DNA of 64,000 nucleotides from Octopus sinensis (GCF_006345805.1 NC_043005.1:98146001-98210000), one strand, 5' to 3'; counted from the first letter of the stretch, positions 1 through 13,620 are shown. Notes: a model not told the origin generated them from the letters alone. Made by a program: numbers and translations.

Positions 1-69
1 TCTGGATCACTTGTCTATACCAACCTAGCTGTCTCTCTCTTGCAATCTACAACTGATTCCTCACATACC

Positions 70-300
70 TATTTCTTTACTACCCACAAGGGGCTAAACA
101 CAGAGAAAACAAACAAGGACAGACAAACGGATTAAGTCGATTATATCGACCCCAGTGCGTAACTGGTACTTAATTTATCGACCCCGAAAGGATGAAAGGC
201 AAAGTTGACCTCGGCAGAATTTGAACTCAGAACGTAACGGCAGACAAAATACAGCTACGCATTTCGCCCAGTATGCTAACATTTCTGCCAGCTCGCAGCC
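70..300 (-). mobile_element. tRNA-headed SINE family A (tail type 1, ...GCCCCTTGTGGGTAGTAAAGAAATA)
   Basis: Minus strand reads GAGCTGGCAGAAATGTTAGC (A-box region), GAGTTCAAATTC (B box), CCTTTCATCCTTTCGGGGTCGATAAATTAAGTACCAG central domain and the type-1 tail; many near-identical copies in the window. Confidence 0.85.
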
Positions 301-1439
301 TTTGATTCTTCACATGTGAGCACAATGTCATTTTAAACAACTGACACTCGTTTTATGAAATGTTTATGTTCACCTCTTAAAAACACAATTCAAATTTCAA
401 CTTATTCTGATTCACTACACACTTTATGCCATTGTTTGTGAACATTTTTCATTCTGTGACAAATTGTTTTGGTGACCATCCTTAAATCATAATACAGTTT
501 TACTGCAGCAGTCTTCAATTTACAATACAATGCATAATGATTATCTTATAAGAAATCAAAGTTTGTTGCCCTGGTAATTATCTTTTACTTCTTATTCATC
601 TTATTGGTAAACATCCTATCCTTAATTTATCACCTGTTTTATCATGAACGTCTATAATTTATAATCTGCATTCAGATAATTATTTTTATTTCCAGCTGAT
701 TGGTGAGCAGCTATATTTTCTGGAGAGATCATTGATTGATATTTTTACTGTTACCATATCTTGATGTTTTAAGAATATTTTATAATTTATAGAACATCTT
801 TAACAGCAATCTTAAGTTCTTGAATTTTCTTTCAAAATAGGATTGCCATTTACATTTTTGGTTTCTTTTGACAAGGCACTGGGTTCATTTTCATAACTGT
901 TGAGGAATATGCAATTGGTAAGACTGGTGCTAATATACTTAAAGTATATTAGCATATAGTAATCAAATAAATTTTGATTAATTAGAATTACACTTGTGTT
1001 AAAGAGGAAGAATAATTAACTACTTGATGATCATTTTTAATCAAGAAAAGTAAGGGAGACAACACCCTCCTACCCTAAATTTTAATTAAAATCAGAATGT
1101 AGATAACGTAGTAATGAGTTAGTCTTGTCTTGACAGTGTGGTGACACTCATGTTTAAGTGGATAACTAGCCTACTTAATTCCTCTGTATTTTTAAGGCAA
1201 TAACACTGGCTATAGCCATGCTGAGGCATAAGTGTTGGCCTGCTTTGAGAACATCAGTTCTCTCTTTCTCACATTTTGTCCTACCCTCCCTCTCTCTCTC
1301 TCTACTCCTCTCTCTCTCTAGTTGTTTTTCTCCTTGATTTCAATATTCCCACATTTCTTCCAGTTTTTTTCATGCTAATCATGCTGATTTAGATAATATA
1401 GAAACTTAATCACATTTATTTAATAATCCTACAATATAC

Positions 1440-1670
1440 TGTGTGGAGGCACATGGCTTAGAGGTTAGGGTGCTGAGCTCATGACTGTAAGATTGTGGTT
1501 TCAATTCCTGGATCAGGTGATGCATTGTGTCCTTGAGCAAGACACTTCATTTCACATTGATCAGAAATGGCAAAAACGAGTAATAATCCTGCAATGGATC
1601 GGTGTCCTGTCAAGGGAGGAATATATACGCCAGAGAAACCAGGAAACTGGCACTTTGCTCCTTGTAGAGT
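1440..1670 (+). mobile_element. tRNA-headed SINE family F (CORE-like CCTTGAGCAAGACACTT)
   Basis: GGAGGCACATGGCTTAGAGGTTAGG...GGTTTCAATTCC head, then CCTTGAGCAAGACACTTCATTTCAC; related copies at about 28895-29185 and 49105-49330. Confidence 0.7.
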
Positions 1671-1739
1671 AATGTGGACTAACCAAAATATATTGTTGAT
1701 GTGACCACAAGGAAGAAAGAACTAAGAAAGAGCAACAAC

Positions 1740-1972
1740 TTAACCCCTTAGCATTCAGATTACTCTGCCAAATATAATAGTTATTTATTCCCATTTTATA
1801 AAATTAATCCTGTATTATCTCTTAGCGTTGAGCTTTCAAAGATGTGGTTGTTTATATCTAGAATGACACTGTGGGGTAGGAGTGAGAGCCTGGATCTGGC
1901 CAGTTTGAATATAAAACAGGCAGAATATTTGGGCTGGTCATGGATGGCTAGTTTAAATGCTAAACGGTTTAA
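1740..1972. mobile_element. piggyBac-like MITE
   Basis: TTAA-CCCCTTAGCATT ... AATGCTAAACGGT-TTAA: terminal inverted repeats flanked by TTAA; second copy at 54354-54569. Confidence 0.7.
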
Positions 1973-2579
1973 CTGGTTTTCCTCAAATAAATACTGTATT
2001 AAGGAGGCGAATGAGATCCTGTATGATGATATCCCTTCACACAAGTTTATTAGGAATGTATATTTATGAGAATTAATTGCAGTTGGTAATCAAAGCACCA
2101 AGGTAACAAAAGCAAATCATTAGGGCTGCAGGTGGAGGAATCTCAAATTTTCCTCTCTGGGAACTCACAAATAATAATTTATCATATTTTAAAGCATTCA
2201 ATGCATAATTACTACAATCATTTAATTAAAGCAACACCATTTATTTTTTTTAAATAAATTTCAATTTCATCAAATATTTCAGTAATTGATTAAAAAAAAT
2301 TAATTTTCTTTTTCTCTATTCAAGTATAAGAATTTATAGAAAGTCACCATAGAAAATTAAGCAAGATTTTATTCTTCTCTTGAAAATGAAATAAAATTCT
2401 CTTTTGATTAAATTCATTTCTTTTGTAATTCATATCTCCAGGTTATAAAAGTCTATTAGTATTTTAAGTATGGTGAAATATGTTGTACCTTTATTGTTGA
2501 GTGTCTGAAAAGTTTTATATTTAATAATTTTTAGGAACTTATCTGAGGCATGTGCATCTGTGTATGTGTGTGTAATATA

Positions 2580-2635
<56 letters not shown>

Positions 2636-2652
2636 GTGTGAGTCTGTGTGTG

Positions 2653-2684
<32 letters not shown>

Positions 2685-2689
2685 ATTCT

Positions 2690-3045
2690 TTTATTCTTTT
2701 ATTCTTGTTTCAGTCATTTGATTGTGAGTATGCTGAAGCACCACCTTTAGTCAAACAAATCAACCCCTATTCTTTGGAAGCCTAGTACTTATTCTATTGG
2801 CCTCTTTGCTGAACCGCTAAGTTATGGGGATGTAAACACTCCAACATCGGTTGTCAGGTAATGGTGGGGGTGGACATAGACAAATACACACACACACATA
2901 TATATATTCTGTTTCCATCTACCAAATCCACTCACAAGGCTTTGGTCTGTCTGAGGCTATAGTAGAAGGCACTTGCTCAAGGTACCATGCAGTGAGACTG
3001 AACTTGGAACCATGTGGTTTAGAAGTAAGCTTCTTACCACACACC
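2690..3045 (-). mobile_element. tRNA-headed SINE family B with internal TA/TG microsatellite
   Basis: Reverse complement of the full copy at 45143-45545. Confidence 0.8.
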
Positions 3046-3799
3046 TACTCCTATATAATGTATATATGTATGTATATGTGCATGCGTGTGCATATATGTG
3101 TGTGTGTGAGGATGGGAGTATGTAGGTATATATGCATGCATGCATATATACACACACTGACTCATACGCACATGTACTATACACAACCACATAAAATACC
3201 TCATAGGTTTTAAAATGAAGGTAATATACATATATTAGAGCAGTAATGTATTTACAGGTGGTTAATTATATGGCCAGTCATAGAGCAACCAATGGTTTCA
3301 CATCCATAAAGCACTTAACCTTATAACCTCTCTTCAAAGTGAAGATAAAAAACCATTATGGTTGGTTAATTTGTAAACAAAACATATACAATATATATTA
3401 TATATTGTCTGAGCCTTAAACGGGATGAGTTATTTGTTGAATAGACATGTAAAAAGCACTCACAGCACTCTTGGAGTGATTGGCATTAGGAAGGGCATGT
3501 AGTCAAATCATCCAACCCATGCCAGCATGGAAAGCGGACGTTAAACGATGATGATGATGATATATGTATGTGTATATATATACCTTTAAGAATCTATGAG
3601 TCAGGAAAATCAGACACTCATATGTTTGTCAATAGAGTTGATATACTAATGATTTATGTAACACAAAATTATAGACCCATTTCAGCTGATTTTAGCAATT
3701 GACTCCCTACATGAAAGTTTGGCATGTCAGCACTCATCAGAAGGCCTTGTAGGAGAGGTAATCCATAGACCCTTTGCCACTGGAGGTCAGAAAGTGTTA

Positions 3800-4035
3800 C
3801 ATTTGGTTTGTGAGTGTTGCAAAAAACAACGGAACAGACTGTATAAAGAAAGCCTGCGTAAACCTAGTATAAAGAAAGTCTTAGTTAGTAGGGCTATAGC
3901 TGAAACAGAGCCAGGATGCTCATGCAGATGGCAGCACTGCATGTCCACTGAAAAACTAATGCAGCACAGAGACTGTTGTATATGAAGCAGAAGGTTCCTT
4001 CAGCATAAGATTTAACAACCACAAGTCCTCTGTTA
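3800..4035 (+). mobile_element. Degenerate Penelope-like element fragment (RT-EN linker, start of GIY-YIG)
   Basis: Frameshifted translation GCSCR..CPLKN*C.TETVVYEA/EGSFSIRFNNHKSS resembles the PLE motifs CNCR..CPL.G.C..VVY.A and EG.FK.R.NNHKSSF. Confidence 0.55.
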
Positions 4036-4047
4036 AAAAAACAAAAT

Positions 4048-4455
4048 AAAATTATTAACCATCTTAAAAACAATAACTCTGAGCACCTTTTCAAACTCCA
4101 CCTGTCTAACACCCATGGACATGTTTACAAAGTCAGAAAACAGCACAGCTCCCATGACTTTCAGAAACATTTTTTCCTGCTAAGAGTTGCTGAAGCATGG
4201 AACAAACTGCCAGCATCAGTTGTTAGTTGTCGGAGCACTGCATCCTTCAAAACTTCCATGTTTCCTGAGATTCACCACCACTACACCTGATTTTCTCCCC
4301 TCCACACACATACACACGCAAGCATGTATCTGACTCATACACTGTTCACTTCCCAGACATTTGTACATTATTGCATATGCTTTATACGCACTTTTGACAA
4401 ATTGTGGTGCACCTGAACAGCGTATACAATAATTTCATTATTATTTTTATTATTT
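4048..4455 (+). mobile_element. 5'-truncated CR1-type LINE 3' end
   Basis: 4048-4290 open frame KIINHL...THGHVYKVRKQHSSHDFQKHFFLLRVAEAWNKLPASVVSCRSTASFK matches the CR1 ORF2 C-terminus; followed by a 3' UTR and (ATT)n tail. Confidence 0.8.
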
Positions 4456-4699
4456 AATACCCAAAAGAGGCAAAATGTCACAGTTCTAGTAAGGTGCTTA
4501 TAGTCTTTGAAAGAAAACATCACATATTACAGCACTGAGTAGAGAGTTCTGGAGAGGTGCAAACCTTACTTCAATAGCAGTAGAAAGTGAAGAATTAGCT
4601 TGAGGGAAAGAATTCTACTGAAGAACTCTTTTTTCTCAAACACCTGCCTATACTGTAAAAGCAAGGTTTTTCCAATCCTACACTTATGAACACAGATAT

Positions 4700-5077
4700 A
4701 TGCTTGGATACCACCACCACCACCACCATCTCTAGCAATAGCACCATTACCACCACCACCACCACCACCAGCACAGACACCACTGTTGAGCACTACCATT
4801 ATCTCCAGAACCACCATCGCTGACAGCACTACTATCGCCTCCCTGACCATCACCACAACAACAAAAACAACAATACAAACAACATCACTATCACATCACT
4901 AACAACAACTAAACCTCTTCATGGGAAGCGGCAGCTGCAACAACATCATCAATAGCTACAGCAACAACAGCAACAGCAGCAGCAGCAGCAGCAGCAGTGG
5001 TAGTAGTGGTGGTGGTGGTGGTGGTGATAGTAGTAGTAGTGGTGGTGGTGGTGGTGGTGGTGGTGGTGGTGGTAGTG

Positions 5078-5118
<41 letters not shown>

Positions 5119-5160
5119 GGTGGTGGTGGTGGTGGTGGTGGTAGTAGTAGTAGTAGTGGC
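4700..5160. repeat. Compound (ACC)n/(AAC)n/(AGC)n/(GGT)n/(AGT)n microsatellite
   Basis: Directly visible; source of the poly-G/S/P/V ORFs. Confidence 0.95.
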
Positions 5161-5959
5161 AGTGGCACCACTAGCAACAGTTCTGCTATTTTCTATTTGT
5201 TAAATAGTGTAATGACAATTTTTAGTGAGTCAGTGTGTTGTTTAACCCTAGGCCGACCTTGTTGAAGTGGAGCCACAACCAAAGCTGTTCAAGCCACGAT
5301 CATCCAATCTGTTTTTTTTCCTTAGGCCTTGTGTATCTTATACTACATTACACAATGTTTTATATACAAGATTTGATTTAATGTAAACACTGACTGCTAT
5401 TTCTAGTGCATCTAGCGACCGCACACGCTTCCTTGTTCAGAGCTGAATTGGCAGGAATAGTTGAAAAACGGATTAAATAAATATGTAATTATAGCAATTA
5501 GTTTTAAATCTCATTAAGGATGATTTAGTGTTTCAACAGAGGTGGGGGGGGGGGCATTGGGGGTGTTAAAATGACTACTATTTGTTTTTTAGCCCTGAGT
5601 CACTCCTGATTAAGCAGGCTTATGACTAAAGGTATTTCAGATATGGTTGACCCTTTTTTTTTTTTAATACTGGTCTTATTTGTTTTGTTTTTTTTCTTTT
5701 ATCTTTCTTCTTTTATTTTCTATTTGTTTCAGGCCATGCTGGGGCATTGCCTTGAAAGGTTTAGTCGAACAAATTGACTCCAGATTTAAAAAGAAAATTA
5801 TCTTTCAGTCTTATATTTTTTCTGTCAGTCTCTTTTGGTGAACCACTAGGTTGTAAACAAACCAACACCATTTACCAAGCACTATGTGGAGGGGTGTATT
5901 CGAAAGTACACACACATACATGCGCGCGTGCACATACGCTCACACAATATACATATGTG

Positions 5960-5962
5960 TAT

Positions 5963-6012
<50 letters not shown>

Positions 6013-6028
6013 CATCATCGTCACCACC

Positions 6029-6061
<33 letters not shown>

Positions 6062-6370
6062 GCCATCGTTATCGTCATCGTCATCATCATCGTCATCACC
6101 ACCACCACCACCACCATCACCACCTCATCATCATCATTTAACGTCTGTTTTCCATGCTGGCATGGGTTGGATGGTTTGACAGGTGCTGGCCAACAGGGGA
6201 GTTGCTCTAGGCTCCAGTTATCCGTTTTGGTTTTGTTTCTACTGCTGGATGCCCTTCCTAACCTCATTTACTTTATAGAGTGTACTCGGTGCTTTTTATG
6301 TGGCACCAGCACAGGTGCTTTCTACATCACACTGGCACAGGTGTTTTTTACAGGGCACCAGCACCCATGA
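5960..6370 (-). mobile_element. Truncated 3' tail of the RTE LINE with expanded (GAT/GGT)n tail
   Basis: Reverse complement of the ...TTAGGAAGGGCATCCAGC...CAACCCATGCCAGCATGGAAAACAGACGTTAAATGATGATG end shared with 24780-25024. Confidence 0.8.
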
Positions 6371-6539
6371 GCTCACAAGATCATAAGACAAGGACCTCTC
6401 AGCTGTGAGAGGGAGCTTGGGGCAAGGCCATACAGGACATACCTGTATGTATGGATGATCACGATTTTACTCATCTTGATATGTCTTCTCAAGCACAGCA
6501 AATTGCTAGAAATCTCAGTCCCTTGTCATCTCAATTGCC

Positions 6540-6905
6540 AGAAGTCTTGAGGCTTCCACACAGCTTCTGTCTACCAAATTCATTCACAAAGAACTTGTTG
6601 GCTTGGGCAAGAAGACACTTGCCCAAGGTGCCATGCAATGGGATTGAATCTGAAACCACAGGGGGGTAAAGCAAGAAGCCGGCAAAAACGTTAGTATGTC
6701 GGGTGAAATGCTTTGCGATATTTCGTCTGCCGTTATGTTCTGAGTTCAAATACCGCTGATGTTGACTCTGCCTTTCTTCCTTTCTGGGTCAATAAATTAA
6801 GTACCAGTTATGCACTGGGGTCGATGTAATCAACTTAATCCCTTTGTCTGTCCTTGTTTGTCCCCTCTATATTTAGCCCATTGTGGGCAATAAAGAAATA
6901 AGAAG
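6540..6905. mobile_element. SINE B head (minus) abutting SINE A (plus, about 6675-6905)
   Basis: Family motifs as above. Confidence 0.75.
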
Positions 6906-7339
6906 CACCTTAGCTACACAACCATGCCTCCTGCCTTGGTCGTGAACCTCATCATCCATAGTGAGAACTCATCTGTGGTGTAGTAGTGCTCAGGCCTCTC
7001 CCTCACAGACGACACAAATGGTGAAGTGGACAGCTAAAAAACATGGATTAGTATCATCTTGAATTGATATAGGGTCCTGGTCCATCTGTGTATGGTGTCC
7101 ATTGTTGGGTTTGCGATTAGTTGATGATCTTCACTTCAGGCATCTGTGGTCACTGGGTGTAATCTCCTTCTGTTCATGATTCTGTGGAATTTACTGGCTG
7201 GAGCTGGTTTAAGTCATCTTCAGTGAATTCCAACACAAACAGAAATATTATTCAGACACAGTATAACTTGGACTACACTATCTAATGTGCCACTTATTTA
7301 ATTATTTGACAATAAAATTTTGTTAATAGTGCGGTGCCA

Positions 7340-7540
7340 TGTACAAGCGCTCATGCAGCAGTGTCACATAAAAGCATCCAGTCCACTCTGTGAAGTGGTT
7401 GGTGTTAGGAAGGACATCCAGCCATAGAAACCATGACAAAACAGACAAATGGTGCCTGGTGCAGCCCACTTGCTTACCAGCTCTGGTTACAGCATCCAAC
7501 CCATGCTAGCATGGACAACCGACAATAAATTATGATGAGA
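7340..7540 (+). mobile_element. Diverged RTE 3' tail copy
   Basis: GTGGTTGGTGTTAGGAAGGACATCCAGCC...CCAACCCATGCTAGCATGGA. Confidence 0.7.
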
Positions 7541-7679
7541 GAAATTTGGCTGTTATTTCTACTAGTTCCACTGACTATACAGAGGCTTCCCCATTACACG
7601 TTAAGCCCTAGTATTATCCTAAGGGTTAATCTAATCAACTCTACTCCTTCATCTTCACCACTACTTAACAGAAAATAAA

Positions 7680-7699
7680 TAAATAATAATAATAATAAT

Positions 7700-7747
<48 letters not shown>

Positions 7748-7759
7748 AATAATAATAAC

Positions 7760-7804
<45 letters not shown>

Positions 7805-7808
7805 AATA
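7680..7808. repeat. (AAT)n(AAC)n(AAT)n microsatellite
   Basis: Directly visible. Confidence 0.95.
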
Positions 7809-8629
7809 AATAAGGAAAAGATTGGCTTTGTGCCTCATCCAAAGGAAATCAATATCTCGAAAATCTGTTTTGTGAAGAATTTTATGGGGTAGAAATAGCT
7901 AAGATTTATTGATTGCTCATGACAATATCTTCATTTGTATTGAGTTTGTATTGATTTCTTGAAATGATAGCATTATTTCTATTGCACTGATAGAGAAAGA
8001 GAGAGAGGGCAAGAGAGAAAGGGGAGGGAGACTGGGGAAGTGAGAGAAAGAGAAGGGGTAGAGAGCTATATCTGTATCCTCATGGCATCTCATGTGGTTA
8101 AATTTATCTCCTTGTAATCTAAAGATCCTTGTTTTGTTTTGTGTTTTTTTTTTGTGGTGGGGGGGGAGAGGGGTGGTTGCTAAATACTAGATTAAAGAGG
8201 TTAAATATATCAGCTTCTTTAATTTTATTCAGGAAAGGAGAAACAAAATATGCTTATAATAATAAAAAAAAACTGCAAAAGAAACTGCCAAAAAGAAAGA
8301 AAAATTCAACAAAAGACATTTGTTAAATAAATCTTACAATTTAATTAAGATAATATCTATTCCGTTTAAAGCGGCAAACTTTTGTGTTAAAATGCATATT
8401 TCTCTAATCATTTACTAAACTAGAAATAGTAGATCTTAGCAAATTGTAGAATAATAACAGAGTTTACCTCAAGCATATGCCTCTTTCATTGTGTATGATT
8501 TGATAGTATAAGTGCAGGCATAGCGGTATGGTTAAGACGCTTGCATCCCAACCATGTTGTCGTGGGTTCAGTACCACAGTGTAAGATCTTGGGTGAGTGT
8601 CTGTCTCCAGCTATAGTGGATGCTAAAAC

Positions 8630-9498
8630 TAGAACTGTATATCAAAATATTCCTGGACTAATTCTATAGCATGCCGACAGATGGCAGCACATGGTTGCAT
8701 GTTGAGTGGAAGCTAGCAGTGGCCATCAAAAGGTTGGGTGTCATGTGACATCACTGTGTTTTACTTTGCAAGTTGTGAAATTTGTGTTTTTGTGATCAAA
8801 TGTATGCTGTAGTCTGGGATTTTGTCATGAAGAGGAAATTGGTACAAAGTGAAATTTTGCGTTAAGCTTGGGTTAAGCCTGCTACAGAGACATTGAGCAT
8901 GCTTCAGCAACCTTTATGGTGATGAGGCAATGGGTTGTATGCAATAATTTGAATCGCATGGGGCACTTCAAAGGTGGAAGAACATGCTTGGAAGATAATG
9001 ATCCATGTGGAAGGACTGCCATGAGCACCACACCTGGAAATGTAGAGAAAATTCATCAACTTGTGCATGAGGATCGTTAGAGGACAATCAATGACATTTT
9101 GAAGAAGTTGAGGGAGGATATTCATCGAAAGCAACTGGGTCTGTGGAGTGGGAAGAATTGGATTCTTCATGATGACAGTGCACCCTGTCACCGAACTCCC
9201 CTCAATTGTGAGTTTCTCACCAAAAACAACATGGTATCGCTTCCACACCTACCCTATTCACCAGATTTAGCACCTGTAGACTTCTGTCTCTTCCCCAAGA
9301 GATCCAGAGCAAATTGCAGAAGGTCCTCGACTCACAGAAAACGACTTCCAGGCCAGATTCCAAAAGTGTCAGGAATGCTGGAACCGGTGTATTGCTGTAC
9401 AAGGTAACTATTTCGAAAGAGATAATGTTAAAACTTAAGTAAATATTATCTTTTTATCAAACATAACTAGTCTGGTAACTTTTTGATACTACCCCTAC
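8630..9498 (+). mobile_element. Internally deleted mariner transposon
   Basis: Degenerate TIRs (TATCAAAATATTCCTGGACTAATT / AACTAGTCTGGTAACTTTTTGATA); translation VKFCVKLG, HFKGGRTCLED, NVEKIHQLVHEDR.RTINDI fused directly to LKKLREDI..WILHDDSAPCH..PYSPDLAPVDF, so the first catalytic Asp region is deleted. Confidence 0.9.
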
Positions 9499-9844
9499 AC
9501 AAGTAAGCAAGTTATTCTTTGCCCTCAAGTCAACCCTGACCTATTGTCAAAAGTATTTCAACTGTGATCATCCTGTATTTTTTCTAACATGAATGCCAAA
9601 CTATATTACCTCTCCTTGTTTAAGATGATGCGATGTAATTTGGTTGCTAGCTTTAGCTGGTCAAGAAACTAGATAAAGTAAGGATAGCGAACTTTATCAG
9701 AACTAATAGTTAATAGCAAATGCATTGGAAGTTGTAAGGGATGGGGGCTGATTTGGGTACTGAAGAAAATTATGAATTAGTTATTTTACAAATTCATATG
9801 TAACTAATATTGGGCTCAAATTTGGACACAACGATAGCAATTGT

Positions 9845-10027
9845 TGGGCAGGGAAGAAGTTGATAACATCGACCCCAATACTCAACTGGTACTTATTTTA
9901 TCAATCCCCAAAAGGATGAAAAACAAAGTCGACCCTGGTGGCATTTGAACTCAGAATGCAAAGTTGGAAGAAATGCCACTGAGCATTTTATTCCAGTGTG
10001 GTAACGATTCTGCCAGCTCACTGCCTT
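9845..10027 (-). mobile_element. SINE family A
   Basis: Family motifs. Confidence 0.8.
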
Positions 10028-10064
10028 ATTAAATTACTGCTTTTAGTCTTAAGGCTTAAAATAC

Positions 10065-10300
10065 TTTTATTGCCTTTGCCTTACCGAAGGCAGAGGTATT
10101 GTTTTCAGTTGTGTTTGTTTGTTTGTCCATGGACAAGATATCTCAAGAACCACCGCTGGATGGATTCAGTTGAAACTTTCAGGAATGTTTGACCTTGTGA
10201 CTGGCACGGTCTCATTAGATTTTGGGATCAATCTGGTACCGGACCAAGGATTCTGGATTATTTTTCCGATTTTTTCTTTATATGTATATGGACAGTTTCA
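10065..10300 (+). mobile_element. Possible Helentron-associated non-autonomous element (HINE/DINE-like) fragment
   Basis: TGCCTTACCGAAGGCAGAGGTATTGTTTTC..(GTTT)n GTCC..GGATTCAGTTGAAACTT layout resembles HINE 5' ends; other terminus not identified. Confidence 0.45.
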
Positions 10301-10944
10301 CATAGTTCTCTTGTACATGCACACACATACACATATATACATCTTCAGTGTTGAACATTACCATCCCATTTCCATTGTACACACACATGCATGCAAACAT
10401 AGCTCTCTTTTACACATACATATACTCACACTTCAAACGTTTAGTGACTTTTTCACTCCTTCCTTCATTATTCATTTATCACCCCTTCCTTTCTCATTCA
10501 TACGACACTCTTTGCCACTTCATTTCATCTTTCTCATTGTCATTATTTTCTCTCACTCTCCCTCAGTCATGGCTATTACTCTCACTACTTCTCCTTCACT
10601 GTATTAGTATTTCATCTCCTCTCCCTTGAGGCACATGATCCACCACATTGTAACAAGGATTAGATCTTGTGGTGGGATTCTTCTTGAGGATTACATTAAA
10701 TGCACATATGTCTTTGGAATACTCAACCATTTACACTATAATTCAGAAATTGTTGTTTTCAGTCAGTCAAACAGTTTCATTCAATGCAATCAATGAGAAA
10801 ACCATCTCTATTTTGATTTACTCACAGTGTTTACATTTCTTACTGTGTAGAAACTCTGTTGTAGACTTTTAAGGAGTCGAATATAAACACAAAGGAACAC
10901 CCCTCCACACACATACATGCACAAATAGACACATATGTACCTAT

Positions 10945-11854
10945 GACAGGCTTTCACAGAGTTTCCAGCTGCCAAATTCACTCAGAAGGCATTGGTCAGG
11001 CTCAGGGCTACAGTAGAGAATACTCGTCTAAGATGCCATGCAGTGAGATTGAACCTGAAATCATGTGGTTTCAAAGCAAGCTTCTTGACTACACAGCCAT
11101 GTCTGTGCCAATGAGATAAAAGGTAAAAATCTTCATAAATATGTTGGGCAATAAAGCCATGCATTAGAGTCACAGCACAATATTTACAGAAAACAAAAAT
11201 TGAGGAACATTTTCCCCAATGAAAGTATCAAAAGTAAATTTATTAATTTATTGAAAAAAGAAAAAAAAAACAGAAAAATAGTTTGCTGCGAATTAGTGAT
11301 GAGATAAAATAGATTGCAATGGTACTGATGTAGTGTGTTAAAGACAAGTCTAGCGGAAGTTCATTTTGCTTTGTGATTTTTATCAGAAATATAAGGAATA
11401 AATGAACTAAAAGGAAATAACTTTACAAAAAAAATCAAATCTTTTTATCTCTTATTTTTTGCTCGTTTCAGTCATTCGACTGTGGCCATGCTGGGGCATC
11501 ATCTTGAAGGGTTTAGTCAAATTAATTGACCCCCAGCACTTTTTCAAACCTGGTACTTATTCCGTTAGTCAATTTTGCTGAACTGCTAAGTTATGGGGAT
11601 GTAAACAAGTCAACATTGTTTGTCAATATTCCATTCTATAACTGATTCTATTGCACAATACACATGTTCATATATACATACCCATATACACCCATATATA
11701 TACACAGTTGTTCTTAATAATATAATGTTTATTAATGGAATACCTAGTAATATTTCTACTAATATCTTCTACATTGACCCTGGCTTTAAGGGAGTTATTA
11801 TTGTACAAATACAAATACAGAGATGCACATACATAGATATATACATAATCATCA

Positions 11855-11886
<32 letters not shown>

Positions 11887-12375
11887 CATCAATGATGATA
11901 ATGGTGGTGAATATGAAGACCCGTAACAATTGCACTCTGGGGGTCATTATCCTCATAAAAGAATACTCATGCACTGTCATATTCAATTTCAATTTGTCAA
12001 ATATCTGTTTACTGTGAATTAGTTCAGAGAACATGTCAATTTTGTAATATTCAGCATTAGAATTACTTCATATTGACATATTCCTATGAAATGATGTTAT
12101 GAAAGAACACCAAAATATATAAGTTCAATGATTTCTGGATGGTATTCTTGTGATACCTTTATTAGTGTTATCTGCTGGTATTAAATTCCTGATAAGTGAA
12201 GCATGTACAGACAAGGTTGAGTGATAAGAAGTTAGTTTCTGAACCATACGGTTCTGGGTTCAGTCTTACTGCGTGGTACCTTAGGCAAGTGTCTTCTGCT
12301 ATAGCCTTAGGATGAATAAAACCTTGTGAGCGGATTTGGTAGAGAGAAACTGAAAGAAGCCTGTCATATACGTTG
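10945..12375. mobile_element. Three partial SINE B copies (about 10945-11105 minus, 11455-11625 minus, 12205-12372 plus)
   Basis: Family motifs GGCAAGTGTCTTCT.CTATAGCC, GGAAACTGAAAGAAGCC, TTGTTTCAGTCATT. Confidence 0.7.
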
Positions 12376-12849
12376 TTGTTGTTGTTGTTGTTAAAGTAGT
12401 GGGTAGAAATTTTCTTCACTACATCAGGGAGTGACGACCCTCCCTGACACATGTCCTGGGCTCAGCTGGCTCTGGCTCACAGTACCTGGTATGGGCCACT
12501 ATTCAGGGTTATGGAAAGGAGACAACCTTCAAAGAAATCTGGTGTGGAGCCCCGTAGGCAGTTTAGTGTTTGACTTAACACTCTTCTGGCAGCTCCTGCA
12601 ACTCCTTTGGACTATGTCTGCAAGGTCGAAAGAAGAATCCTGACTATTGGGCTACCCAGGATTTTCTTACATCTAGCCCAGGCCTGCGCAAAACTGGACA
12701 GGAAACTTTGATTTGCTTCTCCAGATGCACAACTCCATTGTCTCCCGAGACAAAAGGATGCCAACAACAATATGATATACACCTAAATGGAATTAACATG
12801 CTATCCACTTGATAGAATCATTAAATGGTTCTATCTTTAATTAATTAAT

Positions 12850-13140
12850 TTACAGATTCGTTTGGATACTTACCCTCCGGCTGCACCTCTCCTACACACG
12901 GATCACAGTGGACTCTAGTCTTGATCAGAAATCCTTGCAATACACCACGACGTCTAAAAACCTTTGAACTTTACGTAAAACTGCTGCTATTATTGTCATT
13001 ACTTTATTTTTGTTCCTTTCTGTAGAAGAGTGTAGGCTCGAAACGTAAAAGACTTTTTCTATTCCTGAGCGTTATACTAATACATCTGTTTGTTTTGTAC
13101 ACCACCTGTCTTCATCTTTTGCTTTTTTTTCGTAATTTCA
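12850..13140 (+). mobile_element. PLE terminal (pLTR-like) fragment with hammerhead-like motif
   Basis: CTTT-CTGTAGAA-GAG TGTAGG CTC-GAA-ACGT-A-AAAG at 13016-13051. Confidence 0.5.
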
Positions 13141-13589
13141 GTTAGATTATTTACTTATGATTAAGCTCGCACTTATAAAGCGTTTTCATGAAGCCTTAGC
13201 AGCTATAAATATTTTCAATTGATATTTTTCATCAACTATTTAAGCAGATATATCTATCTGATGAAGCATCATTACATATTTAAATGGATTTGATTATTCT
13301 TGGAAATCTTTGTTTTATTAATGAAGCAGAAATAGCTGTAATTTATGAGATTTGTTTGTATGATATATTTAAATTGAATTGAATTTATAATTGTTCAATT
13401 TATTGTTTTGTTTTCCATTTCTTATTTATATTTATATACTAATAAACTGTATGTTTATTTTTTATTTACCTATTGGAATAACATTGTTATTGATACAGGT
13501 TATATAAGCCAGTAAATTCTTTGGATATTTAATATCCTTTAGGAGAATTTTACACCTAGCAAAATTGTTATACATATATACATACATGC

Positions 13590-13620
<31 letters not shown>

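Noticed and set aside
694-706. Possible 7-nt microexon (TTTCCAG|CTGATTG|GTGAGC)
   Set aside because: Motif coincidence cannot be excluded
4570-4652. Minus-strand exon-like segment (CTTGCTTTTACAG| ... GAA|GTAAGG; YRQVFEKKEFFSRILSLKLILHFLLLL)
   Set aside because: Good splice sites but only 83 nt, no recognisable homology and no way to link its phase to other exons; not supportable without RNA data
4566-6370. Poly-G/S/P/V/H/M ORFs
   Set aside because: Trinucleotide microsatellite artefacts
12420-12780. GC-richer block resembling a LINE 5' region
   Set aside because: No protein motif or termini recognised, so left unclassified
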